Positions 9,629-19,400 are shown, numbered from the stretch's first letter. The stretch: 32,000 bases of DNA from Nitrosopumilus maritimus SCM1 (GCF_000018465.1 NC_010085.1:1500001-1532000); one strand, 5' to 3'. Made by a program: numbers and translations. The notes: generated from the letters alone by a model not told the origin.

Positions 9629-10258
9629 CTATTTTCTTTTTACTAAAGCAATTATCGCTAAGATTATAGCTGCTCCAGCAATCGATAATCCAAATATTGC
9701 AAAGTCATATGCTGCACCGCCATCGGATGTTACTTCGGTTTCTCCAGACTTTAGTTTAGAAACATCTTGTTGTAATGATGAGATTGCATTCTTTAGAGCA
9801 GCAACATCAGCAGTACCTTCACTACTTGTTGGTGGAAAATCTAAGACTGCAGTTGATTCTACATCTTCAATTGGGATTTTAATATCAACTGGAACACCAC
9901 GTATTTCTCCTTTCAGTTCTATCATGTATGTTCCAGTTTTAGTAGGGATGACTGGCGAGAAATAATAACCAGGTCTAGGATCAGAATTTACTTCAATTTT
10001 CTTTGCTGCACCACCAAACATAGTAGTTACATCAACATCTTTGAAAGCGCTTGTAACTCCTGTAAAGGTACCTTCTTTTTCTCCACGCTCAATAATTTTT
10101 AGCATGAATTCATTTCTAATTCCTACAACTGGAGGTTCAACTCCCCAACCTGCTTCAATTTCGTATTGTTCGACATTAACAGTAGTATGAGCAAATGAAG
10201 GAGCTATCATCCCAATAGAGAACAACAAACCAATAATACCAAAAATTATGATTTTCAT
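9629..10258 (-). CDS. Exported single-TM anchored protein
   Basis: The ORF track start is 10321, but the internal ATG at 10258 gives signal peptide MKIIIFGIIGLLFSIGMIAPSFAH. Short coiled-coil-like LKNAISSLQQDVSKLKSG and C-terminal TM. Confidence 0.78.
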   Translation of the reverse strand: MKIIIFGIIGLLFSIGMIAPSFAHTTVNVEQYEIEAGWGVEPPVVGIRNEFMLKIIERGEKEGTFTGVTSAFKDVDVTTMFGGAAKKIEVNSDPRPGYYFSPVIPTKTGTYMIELKGEIRGVPVDIKIPIEDVESTAVLDFPPTSSEGTADVAALKNAISSLQQDVSKLKSGETEVTSDGGAAYDFAIFGLSIAGAAIILAIIALVKRK

Positions 10259-10360
10259 TGCTATCATTTTATAATTACAGGTTATTATCTTTACGTGAAT
10301 TGGTACAAAGATCGAATTCATGAAAACTGTTTAAATTATGAATGATTAATTGAAGAATGA

Positions 10361-13144
10361 ATGCAAAAGTTTCTGATTGTTTTATTGATGATGTCGTTTA
10401 TTTCAATTCCATTAGCATCAGCTCATCCTTTTACTGAGGAAACTATTCCAAGTTTAACATCTAGTGCTCCAGCTGGAACAACAGAAGTTATCGTATATTT
10501 TTCAGAACCAATTGATATTAACTTTAGTGAACTCAGAGTATTTGATACAAATGGAAATCAAATAGACAACAAAGATACGGCTTACTATGAAGGAGAATTA
10601 TCTCTGATCATTACAACATCACCATTGGAAGATGGAGTTTATACTGTATCAACCAAAGTTCTCTCCAAAGTAGATGGACATCTTGTTCCAGATGCATTCT
10701 TGTTTGCAGTTGGTGATGTTGTAATTGATCCCTCATTACTTGATGTAGAACGACCATCTGAAATCATATTTTTACCCGAAGCTGGTGCTAGATTCCCAGG
10801 ACTGATTGGTCAAACAATTGTCTTAGGTGCAGTAATTGCATCACTCATAATTTGGGGAACACAGAATAAACAACTAATCAGAGAAGAATTAGATAAGATT
10901 GGAAACTTCCATCAGGGAAAGTTTATGTCAATTACAGGAATTGGGCTTGTTTTAATTTTCATTTCTAATATTTTGATGATTGCAGTTCAGAGTATAAGAC
11001 TTGGGGTTTCTCCGCTTGATGCAATTCAAACGGATTTTGGAATAACATGGATATTGAGAATGAGCATTACAATAATTATACTAGGTATTTGGTTTAGACT
11101 TGATAGAAGCAAGTCACTATCAAAAAAGAATCAAATTCTATTGTTGGGAGCAATGCTTGCATTAATTTCAACTTCAAGTTTGATTGGTCACGGTGCAGCT
11201 AGTGAAAACATACCAGCATTAATACTTGATTACATTCACAATTTAGTTTCAGGAGTTTGGATAGGCGGAATTATTTACTTCGTATTTATTTTACTTCCAA
11301 CATTCTCTCAACTAAAAGAGACACAACGAGAAAAGATGAGTCTGTTAATGATTCCTCGATTCTCAATTACATTTATCATTGCTGTAGGAGTGATCATAAT
11401 CACAGGTCCAACATTGATGTGGTTTCTAGAAAGTGATATTAGATTAATTACAGAATCGATTTATGGTCAATTAATTATTCTAAAGATTTCAATTGCAGCA
11501 GTAATAATTGCATTTGGGGGATTTTTTCAATTCAAATTACAAAAGAAGGCAGAAAAGAATCTGGAATCAGGAAAAATTTCTGTTCATAAAAAATTAAAAA
11601 AATCGCTCAAAGTTGACGTAGTACTAGGAATAGTACTTCTAGGAGTTGTTGCATTAATTACAAATGCAACACTACCAGCAGGAGAAATCCAAAAAATTGA
11701 TGCACAAGAGATAATTTACGGATTTGAAACTCTGGAATTTACTGAAAATGCAAAATTTGACATTGACATTTCGCCATTTTCAAGTGGCTCAAACACAATT
11801 CTAGTTAAAGTTAGTGACTTTGAGGGAAATCCACTCTACGATTCAAATCAGCTTAAAGTCAAGGTATCAAACCCATCAAAGAATATCTCACCAATAGAAG
11901 TACCAATGGAGATAATCAAACAGGATAAAAATAGACCAATAGAATTCAAAGGTGAAATGACATTTGGGTTTTCAGGAGAATGGTTAATGGAAGTTGAGGC
12001 ACAAAGAACTGAAAATGCAAATGAATCAAAGCTTTTGAATTTACTAGTAAAACCAAGACTGACTGACATTCAGACACAAGTTATCGAATACGAACTCCCA
12101 AAAGATTCAAAACCACTTTTCCCATTGTATGATGGACGAGATACACTTTGGGTAAGTGATGCATCAGCTCCACGTTTGTGGGAATTTTCACTTGAAACTC
12201 AAGAGTTTACATCATATTCATTTGATGGATTGACTACAACATTTCTAACACAAGACAAAGACGGTAAAATTTGGTTTACAGATACTCCCAGAAATCAAAT
12301 TGGATTCATAGACCCTCAAACAAAAGAGATTATAACAAAAACAATTCCAAAACTTGATCCTGTTATTTCAGACAATACTCCACTTTTCATAAAAGCAGAC
12401 TTTGATGGAAATATTTGGATTACAATTGTTAACAAAGACAGAATTGTAAAATATATACCAGAAAATGATGAGTTTGAAGAGATTGTTCTTCCAGGAAAAG
12501 AGAACTTGCCATTTGCATTAGATATTGATGTAGATGGAAAGATGTGGTATACAACAACTGGTGCAGGAAATATTGGATATATTGATCCTAAAGACAATCA
12601 AATTACTCAATTTTCAAATGATCCACCATTACAAGGACCTGAGGCTTTGCTCTTTGATGAAGATGGAAACATCTGGATTGCAGAGCATACAGGCTTGGCA
12701 ATTACCAAGTTTAACCCAGTTTTAGAGACATTTGAGAGAATTACCGTGCCTAATGATGAAGCATTACCGTTTGGTATGACATTTGATAGATATGGAAATG
12801 TTTGGTTTGCTCAACATACAATAGATAGTATTGGAGCATATGATCCGGATAACAATAATTTGATTGAAGTACCAGTTCCTTCAGAAACATCCTTTGTACA
12901 ATTCATGACATCAGATGGAGACAGTAATGTTTGGTTTGTTGAACAACAAACAAGTAAGATTGGTACAATAAAGATGACAGAAATTCCAGTTACTGCATCA
13001 CAAATTCAATCATCAGGAGAATTTGAATTAAAATACACAGAACTTGCATCGCCACTAATTGCATTAGGAATTATTGCAACATCTTTGTTTTATGTGAAGA
13101 GTATTCAAGATAAAAGAAGACTAAATGAATTAATTAATTCTTAG
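10361..13144 (+). CDS. Fusion protein: CopC domain, CopD membrane domain, virginiamycin-B-lyase-like beta-propeller, C-terminal TM
   Basis: 927 aa. CopC: AHPFTEETIPSLTSSAPAGTTEVIVYFSEP...DGHLVPDAFLFAVG. CopD-like multi-TM region. Repeated Vgb/NHL-like blades (DGNIWITIVNKDRIVKY, DGKMWYTTTGAGNIGYIDP, DGNIWIAEHTG, YGNVWFAQHTIDSIGAYDP, DSNVWFVEQQTSKIG). Confidence 0.9.
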   Translation: MQKFLIVLLMMSFISIPLASAHPFTEETIPSLTSSAPAGTTEVIVYFSEPIDINFSELRVFDTNGNQIDNKDTAYYEGELSLIITTSPLEDGVYTVSTKVLSKVDGHLVPDAFLFAVGDVVIDPSLLDVERPSEIIFLPEAGARFPGLIGQTIVLGAVIASLIIWGTQNKQLIREELDKIGNFHQGKFMSITGIGLVLIFISNILMIAVQSIRLGVSPLDAIQTDFGITWILRMSITIIILGIWFRLDRSKSLSKKNQILLLGAMLALISTSSLIGHGAASENIPALILDYIHNLVSGVWIGGIIYFVFILLPTFSQLKETQREKMSLLMIPRFSITFIIAVGVIIITGPTLMWFLESDIRLITESIYGQLIILKISIAAVIIAFGGFFQFKLQKKAEKNLESGKISVHKKLKKSLKVDVVLGIVLLGVVALITNATLPAGEIQKIDAQEIIYGFETLEFTENAKFDIDISPFSSGSNTILVKVSDFEGNPLYDSNQLKVKVSNPSKNISPIEVPMEIIKQDKNRPIEFKGEMTFGFSGEWLMEVEAQRTENANESKLLNLLVKPRLTDIQTQVIEYELPKDSKPLFPLYDGRDTLWVSDASAPRLWEFSLETQEFTSYSFDGLTTTFLTQDKDGKIWFTDTPRNQIGFIDPQTKEIITKTIPKLDPVISDNTPLFIKADFDGNIWITIVNKDRIVKYIPENDEFEEIVLPGKENLPFALDIDVDGKMWYTTTGAGNIGYIDPKDNQITQFSNDPPLQGPEALLFDEDGNIWIAEHTGLAITKFNPVLETFERITVPNDEALPFGMTFDRYGNVWFAQHTIDSIGAYDPDNNNLIEVPVPSETSFVQFMTSDGDSNVWFVEQQTSKIGTIKMTEIPVTASQIQSSGEFELKYTELASPLIALGIIATSLFYVKSIQDKRRLNELINS

Positions 13145-13952
13145 AAAGTAGTCCAACAGATTTTATTCCCATGGTACTAGCTAGTAATCCAATTGAGATC
13201 AAAACAATCGTTCCTGCAGGAGTAATATCAAAGATGTAAGAAACTAAAATTCCTGTAACAACTGAGAAAATTGAAAAACTCATAGAAATAATTGCAGTTT
13301 GTTTGAAACCCTTACCATACATTATTGCGGATACATTAGGAATTACAAATAGGGCAGAAATTAATAAAACACCAACAAGTTGAATTGAAGTAACAACAGT
13401 AATTCCTGCCATAAACACTATAAGGTAATTTATTTTTTCTACAGGAATTCCGCTAACTTTAGCTTGTTCTTCATTAAATGTAGAATAAAGAATCTGACGA
13501 TACAACACCAATAGCACAATTAGAATTGCACCAGTAAGAGCAAGTATCAAAACTGTGTCATCAACACTGACAAGTAGAATACTACCAAAGAGAAAACTAA
13601 AGATATCAATTGTAAATCCCCCGGATAATCCAATAACTACGAGCCCAACTGCTATACCTGAGGACAAAAGTACTGCTATTGATGCATCACCTGATATGTT
13701 GAATCGGTCTTTGATTCTTGTAATGATTAATGCACTGACAATTGATACGCCATATGCTGTCCATAATGGATAGACTCCTGCCAAAAGACCTAATGCAATT
13801 CCACCAAAAGATGAATGTGCTATTGCATCACCAAATAGAGAATAACGTCTAAGAACTAAGAACAATCCTACAACCGAACAAAGAATTGCAATAGCAATTC
13901 CAGAAATTAATGCTCTATGCATAAAACTATAGGTTAGAATTTCAAAAGACAT
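13134..13952 (-). CDS. znuB: Metal (Zn/Mn-type) ABC transporter permease, ZnuB/MntB family
   Basis: 272 aa multi-TM protein with LVLRRYSLFGDAIAHSSFGGIALG and FVIPNVSAIMY motifs. Next to ATPase and substrate-binding genes. Confidence 0.88.
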   Translation of the reverse strand: MSFEILTYSFMHRALISGIAIAILCSVVGLFLVLRRYSLFGDAIAHSSFGGIALGLLAGVYPLWTAYGVSIVSALIITRIKDRFNISGDASIAVLLSSGIAVGLVVIGLSGGFTIDIFSFLFGSILLVSVDDTVLILALTGAILIVLLVLYRQILYSTFNEEQAKVSGIPVEKINYLIVFMAGITVVTSIQLVGVLLISALFVIPNVSAIMYGKGFKQTAIISMSFSIFSVVTGILVSYIFDITPAGTIVLISIGLLASTMGIKSVGLLSKN

Positions 13953-13954
13953 GA

Positions 13955-14677
13955 TTAATGATGATGCATATGCTCCTGCATAGATGCTTCAGAATACTGT
14001 TTGACAAGCTCATCATCAGAGAAGAATTTTTCAGATTCTCCATGGAAGAATAACGTTCTGTTAAGACAAGCAACATGATTAGCTAGTTGGTTTACTGCAT
14101 CCAAATCATGAGAAGACCAAATGATTGTAATTTTTTGTTTAGAGTTTAGTTCACGTAAGATACTGTAGAATAATTCTATACTTTGCTGATCAATTCCTGT
14201 AATCGGTTCATCTAAAATCAAAAGTTTTGGATTATTTACCAAAGCTTTTGCAATAAAGACTCGTTGTAGTTGTCCTCCTGATAATTCTCCTATTCTTCTA
14301 TTTCGGAGTTCATGTATCCACAATTGTTGCAAAATTTCATTAATTTTATTTTCATCAGATTCATTTCTCAGTCCCATCCTAACAACATCAGTAACAGTTG
14401 CCGGAAAATTTTTTTCAAAAATTGGTTTTTGGGGAACATATCCAATTTCTTTAAGATAATTTTTTGAAATTCTGATATCCTTATCAAAAAATTTGATTTC
14501 ACCTTTGTACTTTGTATTGAGACCAAGCATGCAATCAAAAAGAGTGGATTTTCCAGCGCCATTTGGGCCAATTATGCCTAGAAAATTACCTTGATTAACC
14601 ACAAAACTGACATCATCAAGAGCTTTTACGTCAGGATATTGAACTGAAAGGTTACTTATTTCAACTGCTTTCAACAC
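13955..14677 (-). CDS. znuC: Metal ABC transporter ATPase, ZnuC/MntA family
   Basis: Walker A GPNGAGKST, signature LSGGQLQR, Walker B LLILDEP. Sits in the operon between permease and binding protein. Confidence 0.92.
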   Translation of the reverse strand: MLKAVEISNLSVQYPDVKALDDVSFVVNQGNFLGIIGPNGAGKSTLFDCMLGLNTKYKGEIKFFDKDIRISKNYLKEIGYVPQKPIFEKNFPATVTDVVRMGLRNESDENKINEILQQLWIHELRNRRIGELSGGQLQRVFIAKALVNNPKLLILDEPITGIDQQSIELFYSILRELNSKQKITIIWSSHDLDAVNQLANHVACLNRTLFFHGESEKFFSDDELVKQYSEASMQEHMHHH

Positions 14678-15591
14678 AAGGCCTCCTGTAGATTCTCAAG
14701 ATTTTGTTTCATTTTAGAAATGTATGTCCCTTCAGATGCAATTTCTAATGGAGAGAGGACCAAAACTTGTCCACCAATTTCATGTGCAATGGTTTCAGAA
14801 GTTCTAGTGTCAACTGTTTCTTCACTAAAAATTATTTTAATATTATGTTCTTTAGCTGTTGAAATTACATTTTCTAATGTTTTTGCAGTTGCTTCTCCGT
14901 GTGGATCAGTTGAAGATAGAATTGTATGTTGATGTAAATCATATTCATCTGCAAAATATGAAAAAGCATCATGAAATGCAATAAAATCGGAATTACAATT
15001 AGACAAATCATTTCTAATTTGTAAATCCAATAAAGTTAGTTCTTGAATGTAAGATTCTGCATTAGATTGATAATATTGTTGATTTTCTGGATCATGTTTT
15101 GAAAATTCATCAGCAATATTTTGAACTTGGATTTTTGCAAAAACTGGATTTAACCAAATATGAGGATCTCCTGTTTCACGATTAGGTTCATCCATATGTT
15201 CATCTTCTTCATATTCTTTTACTAAAATTCCATTACTTGTGTCAACAATATTTCCTTGATAGTTATTCTCATCAAGTTTATCTACCCAGTCTTCAAAACC
15301 AATTCCATTAATAATTATCATATCAGATATTTGCATTTTTTGAACATCTTTGATTGTTGGTTCCCAATCATGAGGTTCAACTCCAACTGGAACAAGCAAT
15401 ATTGCATCAACTTTGTCTTGTCCTATATTTTGTACAAATTCATGTAACGGATCAAATGATGAAATTACTTGTAATTTTGACTTTTCAGAATATATTGAAT
15501 CTGTATTTGGACTTATTCCATAAACTGCAAAGGAACTTAATGGAATTACTACTGCAATTGCAATTATCGCAAGTTTGGTTTGTGTATTCAT
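14671..15591 (-). CDS. znuA: Metal ABC transporter substrate-binding protein, ZnuA family (cluster 9)
   Basis: 306 aa. SFDPLHEFVQNIG, GVEPHDWEPT, GDPHIWLNP, FIAFHDAFSYFADEYDLHQ and IIFSEETVD are family motifs. Short acidic/His loop EEDEHMDE. Overlaps the ATPase start by 7 bp. Confidence 0.9.
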   Translation of the reverse strand: MNTQTKLAIIAIAVVIPLSSFAVYGISPNTDSIYSEKSKLQVISSFDPLHEFVQNIGQDKVDAILLVPVGVEPHDWEPTIKDVQKMQISDMIIINGIGFEDWVDKLDENNYQGNIVDTSNGILVKEYEEDEHMDEPNRETGDPHIWLNPVFAKIQVQNIADEFSKHDPENQQYYQSNAESYIQELTLLDLQIRNDLSNCNSDFIAFHDAFSYFADEYDLHQHTILSSTDPHGEATAKTLENVISTAKEHNIKIIFSEETVDTRTSETIAHEIGGQVLVLSPLEIASEGTYISKMKQNLENLQEALC

Positions 15592-15632
15592 GAAGCAATT
15601 AATCGAAATTTTATTAATAAATCTATAAAATC

Positions 15633-15678
15633 TTAATAATATTAATTACTAAACTTATAAGATAATTAATAATATTAA
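15633..15678. promoter_or_regulatory. Candidate operator: exact 13-bp direct repeat TTAATAATATTAA (15633..15645 and 15666..15678) between divergent znuA and NikR-like gene
   Basis: Two identical copies 33 bp apart, flanked by ATTAATTA/TAATTAAT inverted arms. TTATAA box at 15655..15660, about 28 nt upstream of the regulator ATG at 15683. Confidence 0.45.
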
Positions 15679-15682
15679 ACAT

Positions 15683-16066
15683 ATGCCAATAGTCTCAATC
15701 TCACTAAATGATGAGATCCTATCTGAATTAGACAAACTCCAATCAAGTATGGGATTTACAGGTAGATCAGAGGCGATCAGAGCAGGAATTAGAGCATTTG
15801 TTTCAGAAGAAAAACAAAAGGCAGATTTGTCGGGCAACATTCATGCAATTCTTTTGGTAGTACACAATGATGAGTTTGATCATGTTGTTTCTGGAATAAC
15901 TCACAACTTTGAAGATTTGATCACGACACATCTTCACAGCAAAATTGACAAGGAAAAATGCATGGAGCTTTTTGTAATTGATGGAGATGCAGAGAAAGTT
16001 TCGACCATGACAAAAGATTTTCAAATAAACAAGAATATGGATACAGTGAAGTTAGTAGCTCTTTGA
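15683..16066 (+). CDS. CopG/NikR-family ribbon-helix-helix metalloregulator
   Basis: 127 aa. SISLNDEILSELDKLQSSMGFTGRSEAIRAGIRAFV RHH domain followed by ACT-like domain HAILLVVHNDEFDHV...THLHSKIDKEKCMELFVIDGDAEKV. Confidence 0.88.
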   Translation: MPIVSISLNDEILSELDKLQSSMGFTGRSEAIRAGIRAFVSEEKQKADLSGNIHAILLVVHNDEFDHVVSGITHNFEDLITTHLHSKIDKEKCMELFVIDGDAEKVSTMTKDFQINKNMDTVKLVAL

Positions 16067-16197
16067 AAAATAATCCAAATGCTGAAAATTTTCAAGAAGA
16101 ATTATGTTTTATTATTGTACTAACAATTGCTTGTAAATTTTCACAATAGTAGAGTTTTAAGTGAACAATACCAAAAATACTTTCAGGCCATAGTAGA

Positions 16198-16479
16198 TTG
16201 AAACATATCATATTGCTAGGAATTCTAGCCGTATCAATAGTTATTGGATTTTTTAGTATTCAGTATATTATGGATTCAGATTTTGATATGATGAAAATGT
16301 TTTGTGAGAAACATGATGATCAAATGTATGAATTAGCAGAAAAAATGAGAGATGTTAGATTATTACAAAAAGAACCAAATCTAGGAAGCGATGAATATGA
16401 TAGGTTAGAACAAGAATTTCAAAAATTTACTGATCAAGCATTAGAGAGAAAAAAATGGTATGTTGAAAATTGTGTATAA
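16198..16479 (+). CDS. Hypothetical small membrane-anchored protein
   Basis: 93-aa ORF with TTG start, N-terminal TM (IILLGILAVSIVIGFFSIQYI) and charged helical C-terminus. Confidence 0.6.
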   Translation: MKHIILLGILAVSIVIGFFSIQYIMDSDFDMMKMFCEKHDDQMYELAEKMRDVRLLQKEPNLGSDEYDRLEQEFQKFTDQALERKKWYVENCV

Positions 16480-16564
16480 TTTCTATAGACTAGAGTAATT
16501 TTTGAAGATATTAGGTTGGGTCATACACAGTTTTACCAAATATTTGGCATTGTATAAAATGGAG

Positions 16565-16792
16565 TTAATGTCTAGATACATTTTTTCGTGTGTGAAATGA
16601 TTTTCGATATTTGCTTGTTCTAGGAGTCACACGTAAGACACAACTACAGCAAGGACATCTCACATCAAGGCAAATCATAAAAACATCACATACTGGACAT
16701 CGTTTTTGATTGTTTTCATATTTGATGGTTTGGCCCTTGATTTTTATTTTGAGTCTTTCACACTTACCTTTACACAAATTCATTGTAAACAT
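16565..16792 (-). CDS. Small zinc-ribbon-like protein (CPVC...RCPCC)
   Basis: 75 aa, RCPVCDVFMICLDVRCPCCSCVLRVTPRTSKYR. Clearly paralogous to 28638..28874. Confidence 0.75.
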   Translation of the reverse strand: MFTMNLCKGKCERLKIKIKGQTIKYENNQKRCPVCDVFMICLDVRCPCCSCVLRVTPRTSKYRKSFHTRKNVSRH

Positions 16793-16879
16793 CCATTATT
16801 TTTAATATCAATCAAACTTTGATTTGCAAAGTATACCAAATAAATATACAAATTAAAATAAATTTGTTAGTGAAAACTT

Positions 16880-17671
16880 TTGGAAAGTAAAGAGAATGTA
16901 AATAAGATAATTGTAAAAAAATCAACTTTTACGAGTTTGGTGGTTGTACTAGTAATAACAATTGCAATTTCTGCTTTCTTTGCAGGCAATTATGTTTCAA
17001 ACATGAATTCTGATAAAGTTACACAATCAGATCTTAATAATGCATTTGCAAAACTAGAAGAAAAAATTGGAACCAGTACTCAACCATCTATTCAACCAAA
17101 TACACAACCGATCAAAGTCTCAATAGATGATGATCCTATGAAAGGAGACCCAAATGCTCCAATTACCATCATAGAATTTTCGGATTATGAATGTCCATTT
17201 TGTGGAAAATTTTACACAGATACACTTCCTTTAATTGAAGAAAATTACATCAACACAGGAAAAGTAAATTTTGTTTACAGAGATTTTCCAATTCAAAGTA
17301 TACATCCTAATGCTGTCCATACAGCAATGGCTGCAGAATGTGCAGATGACCAAGAAATGTTTTGGCCATATCATGATATGATTTTTGAGAATAAAAGTAC
17401 GTGGGAAAAACAAAGAGGTCAAAGTCTAGTAAGTGAGTTGGTACAATATGCAGATGTTCTTGGATTAGATACTGAAGAATTTACCACATGTCTAGAATCA
17501 AACAAACATCTTGATGAAGTAAGAAATGATCTACAAGATGGACAAAGTTATGGAATTAGTGGCACCCCTGGATTTTTTATTGGAAATGATAATTCAGGAT
17601 ACATCAAAGTTTCAGGAGCAAAACCATATCAAACTTTTGCAGAAATTCTAGAAGGGATGCTAAGACGATGA
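16880..17671 (+). CDS. Membrane-anchored DsbA-family thiol oxidoreductase
   Basis: 263 aa with TTG start, N-terminal TM, EFSDYECPFCGKFY active site, VYRDFPI and cis-Pro SGTPGFFIG. Confidence 0.92.
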   Translation: MESKENVNKIIVKKSTFTSLVVVLVITIAISAFFAGNYVSNMNSDKVTQSDLNNAFAKLEEKIGTSTQPSIQPNTQPIKVSIDDDPMKGDPNAPITIIEFSDYECPFCGKFYTDTLPLIEENYINTGKVNFVYRDFPIQSIHPNAVHTAMAAECADDQEMFWPYHDMIFENKSTWEKQRGQSLVSELVQYADVLGLDTEEFTTCLESNKHLDEVRNDLQDGQSYGISGTPGFFIGNDNSGYIKVSGAKPYQTFAEILEGMLRR

Positions 17672-17699
17672 TTGTGTAATTAAATGTCACATACAGGTG

Positions 17700-18122
17700 T
17701 TATTTGACGACCAGTACTGGAACTTTGCATTTGTGCATAACAGAATTTGAAACACTTCCAAGAAATGCCTCTTTGGCATTACCTATGCCTCTTGCACCAA
17801 TTACTACCATGTCAAAGTTGCCTTTCTTTGCAGCATTTACAATTTGTGTAGCAGTGTTGCCACCACCAGTGGCATACTTGAATTTTGCACCAGCACGCTC
17901 ACACTTTTGCATTGCAGGACCAATTGCTTTTACAGCTTTGTCTTGTGCTTTATCTCTCATTGCTTTGGTGTATTTTATTCCAGCAGTAACAGGCAAGTGG
18001 AATACATAATACCCAGTTATTTCAGCACCACTTTCGTTTGCAATTGTTATTGCTTTATCTAATCCTCTCATAGAGTTTGCAGAACCATCTAGAGGGACTA
18101 GAATTTTTTGAAATTTGCCCAT
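17700..18122 (-). CDS. Universal stress protein (UspA) family protein
   Basis: The ORF track start is 18233, but the internal ATG at 18122 gives MGKFQKILVPLDGSANSMRGLDKAI, the normal UspA N-terminus. C-terminal DMVVIGARGIGNAKEAFLGSVSNSVMHKCKVPVLVV. Confidence 0.93.
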   Translation of the reverse strand: MGKFQKILVPLDGSANSMRGLDKAITIANESGAEITGYYVFHLPVTAGIKYTKAMRDKAQDKAVKAIGPAMQKCERAGAKFKYATGGGNTATQIVNAAKKGNFDMVVIGARGIGNAKEAFLGSVSNSVMHKCKVPVLVVK

Positions 18123-18431
18123 GTAAGAATCAGATTTTACTTGTATAAAGAATTTTTGTTTAGACAAGATCTGCAAAACTGTTTTTTCTTTGAACAAGTC
18201 TATTTTTCTATAGTTATAACATAGACTCTTCATGGATTGTTCAAAGTCTGCATGAATTGTTGATTATTCATGGTCAATCATCAAGGATGCTCAACATGAT
18301 CTAAAAAAATCAAAATCCCTGTAACGTGATTTAGATAAGATATTTTGAAAAAAATTTTTGGCTAACAACAAATACCTGTATTTCAAATGTAAGACACCAT
18401 TCTTTAATATGCAATATGTGGAGGAAGCATA

Positions 18432-19400
18432 ATGAGGAAAAAACGCTCATCAAAAAATAAAAAATTTGTATTAATTGTAATTCCCATAATCATAGTTGGA
18501 ATTCTTCTAGCTCTGCCTATACAAAATAACCAGAATTCCCCAACCTCAAAACTTCAGGGTCCATGGAATGACATTCATGGTGTTGGAATGTTTCTTTCTG
18601 GCAATGATGATACCCTTTACCTTGCTACTCATCAGGGATTGTTTGAGAAAAAGGATTCAGGGTGGCAGCATGTTGGTAATGACAATGCAGATTTGATGGG
18701 ATTTTCTATGAATCACGACACGGAGAAAATGTATTCTAGTGGACATCCAAAAACAGGAGGGAATTTAGGATTTAGAATGAGTGACGATAAAGGAAATTCA
18801 TGGACAACTATTTCCAAAGTAAAAAATACCCCAGTTGATTTTCATGCAATGACTGCAAGCCAAGCACAAAATGGTTTGATTTATGGCTCTCCGGGAGGGG
18901 GAAGTGAACTCTTTGTAACATCAGATGACGGAACATCTTGGAATTCCCTTGATATTCCAAATAAAATAATCTCACTTGCAGCAGACCCATTAGATCCTAA
19001 TCGCGTATATGCAGGAACAATGTCCGGACTGTATGTCAGTAACAATCAGGGAAAACAATGGACTGCAGTTGATTCAGACATTGAGAAAGGAGTGATTACA
19101 GGAATAGGATTTTCATCGGATGGCAAAACCATGTATGTATTTTCCACATTAGATGGAAATGGAATGATTGTAAAATCAATTGACGGGGGGAAAACAATGG
19201 TTAAGACACAAAGCCAAATTGCTGATGCCAAGGGTGTTTGGAATTTTGCCCCGGGTCGTGATGGGGAAATTTATGCAATAGCAGCACAACAAGTAGCAAG
19301 CGGATTGGCAATGAGTGTTTACAAAACAGATGATGGCGGGGCTACGTGGGTTTTAGAGGGCACAAATAATTCAGAACTAGCACTGACTGACGAATCTTAA
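18432..19400 (+). CDS. Membrane-anchored BNR/sialidase-like beta-propeller protein (F510_1955-like)
   Basis: 322 aa. SD GGAGGA upstream, N-terminal TM, repeated SDDKGNSWTTI, SDDGTSWNSL, SNNQGKQWTAV, KTDDGGATWVL Asp-box motifs. Confidence 0.82.
   Translation: MRKKRSSKNKKFVLIVIPIIIVGILLALPIQNNQNSPTSKLQGPWNDIHGVGMFLSGNDDTLYLATHQGLFEKKDSGWQHVGNDNADLMGFSMNHDTEKMYSSGHPKTGGNLGFRMSDDKGNSWTTISKVKNTPVDFHAMTASQAQNGLIYGSPGGGSELFVTSDDGTSWNSLDIPNKIISLAADPLDPNRVYAGTMSGLYVSNNQGKQWTAVDSDIEKGVITGIGFSSDGKTMYVFSTLDGNGMIVKSIDGGKTMVKTQSQIADAKGVWNFAPGRDGEIYAIAAQQVASGLAMSVYKTDDGGATWVLEGTNNSELALTDES

Noticed and set aside
11848-12725. ORFs 11848..12069 (-), 12316..12597 (-), 12534..12725 (+)
   Set aside because: Inside the 927-aa CopCD-Vgb gene in other frames. 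No independent support.
13555-16024. Short ORFs opposite or inside the znuABC and NikR-like genes (13555..13773, 14368..14571, 14720..14932, 15256..15447, 15354..15593, 15655..15840, 15803..16024)
   Set aside because: All overlap genes with clear family motifs. Typical shadow ORFs of AT-rich coding DNA.
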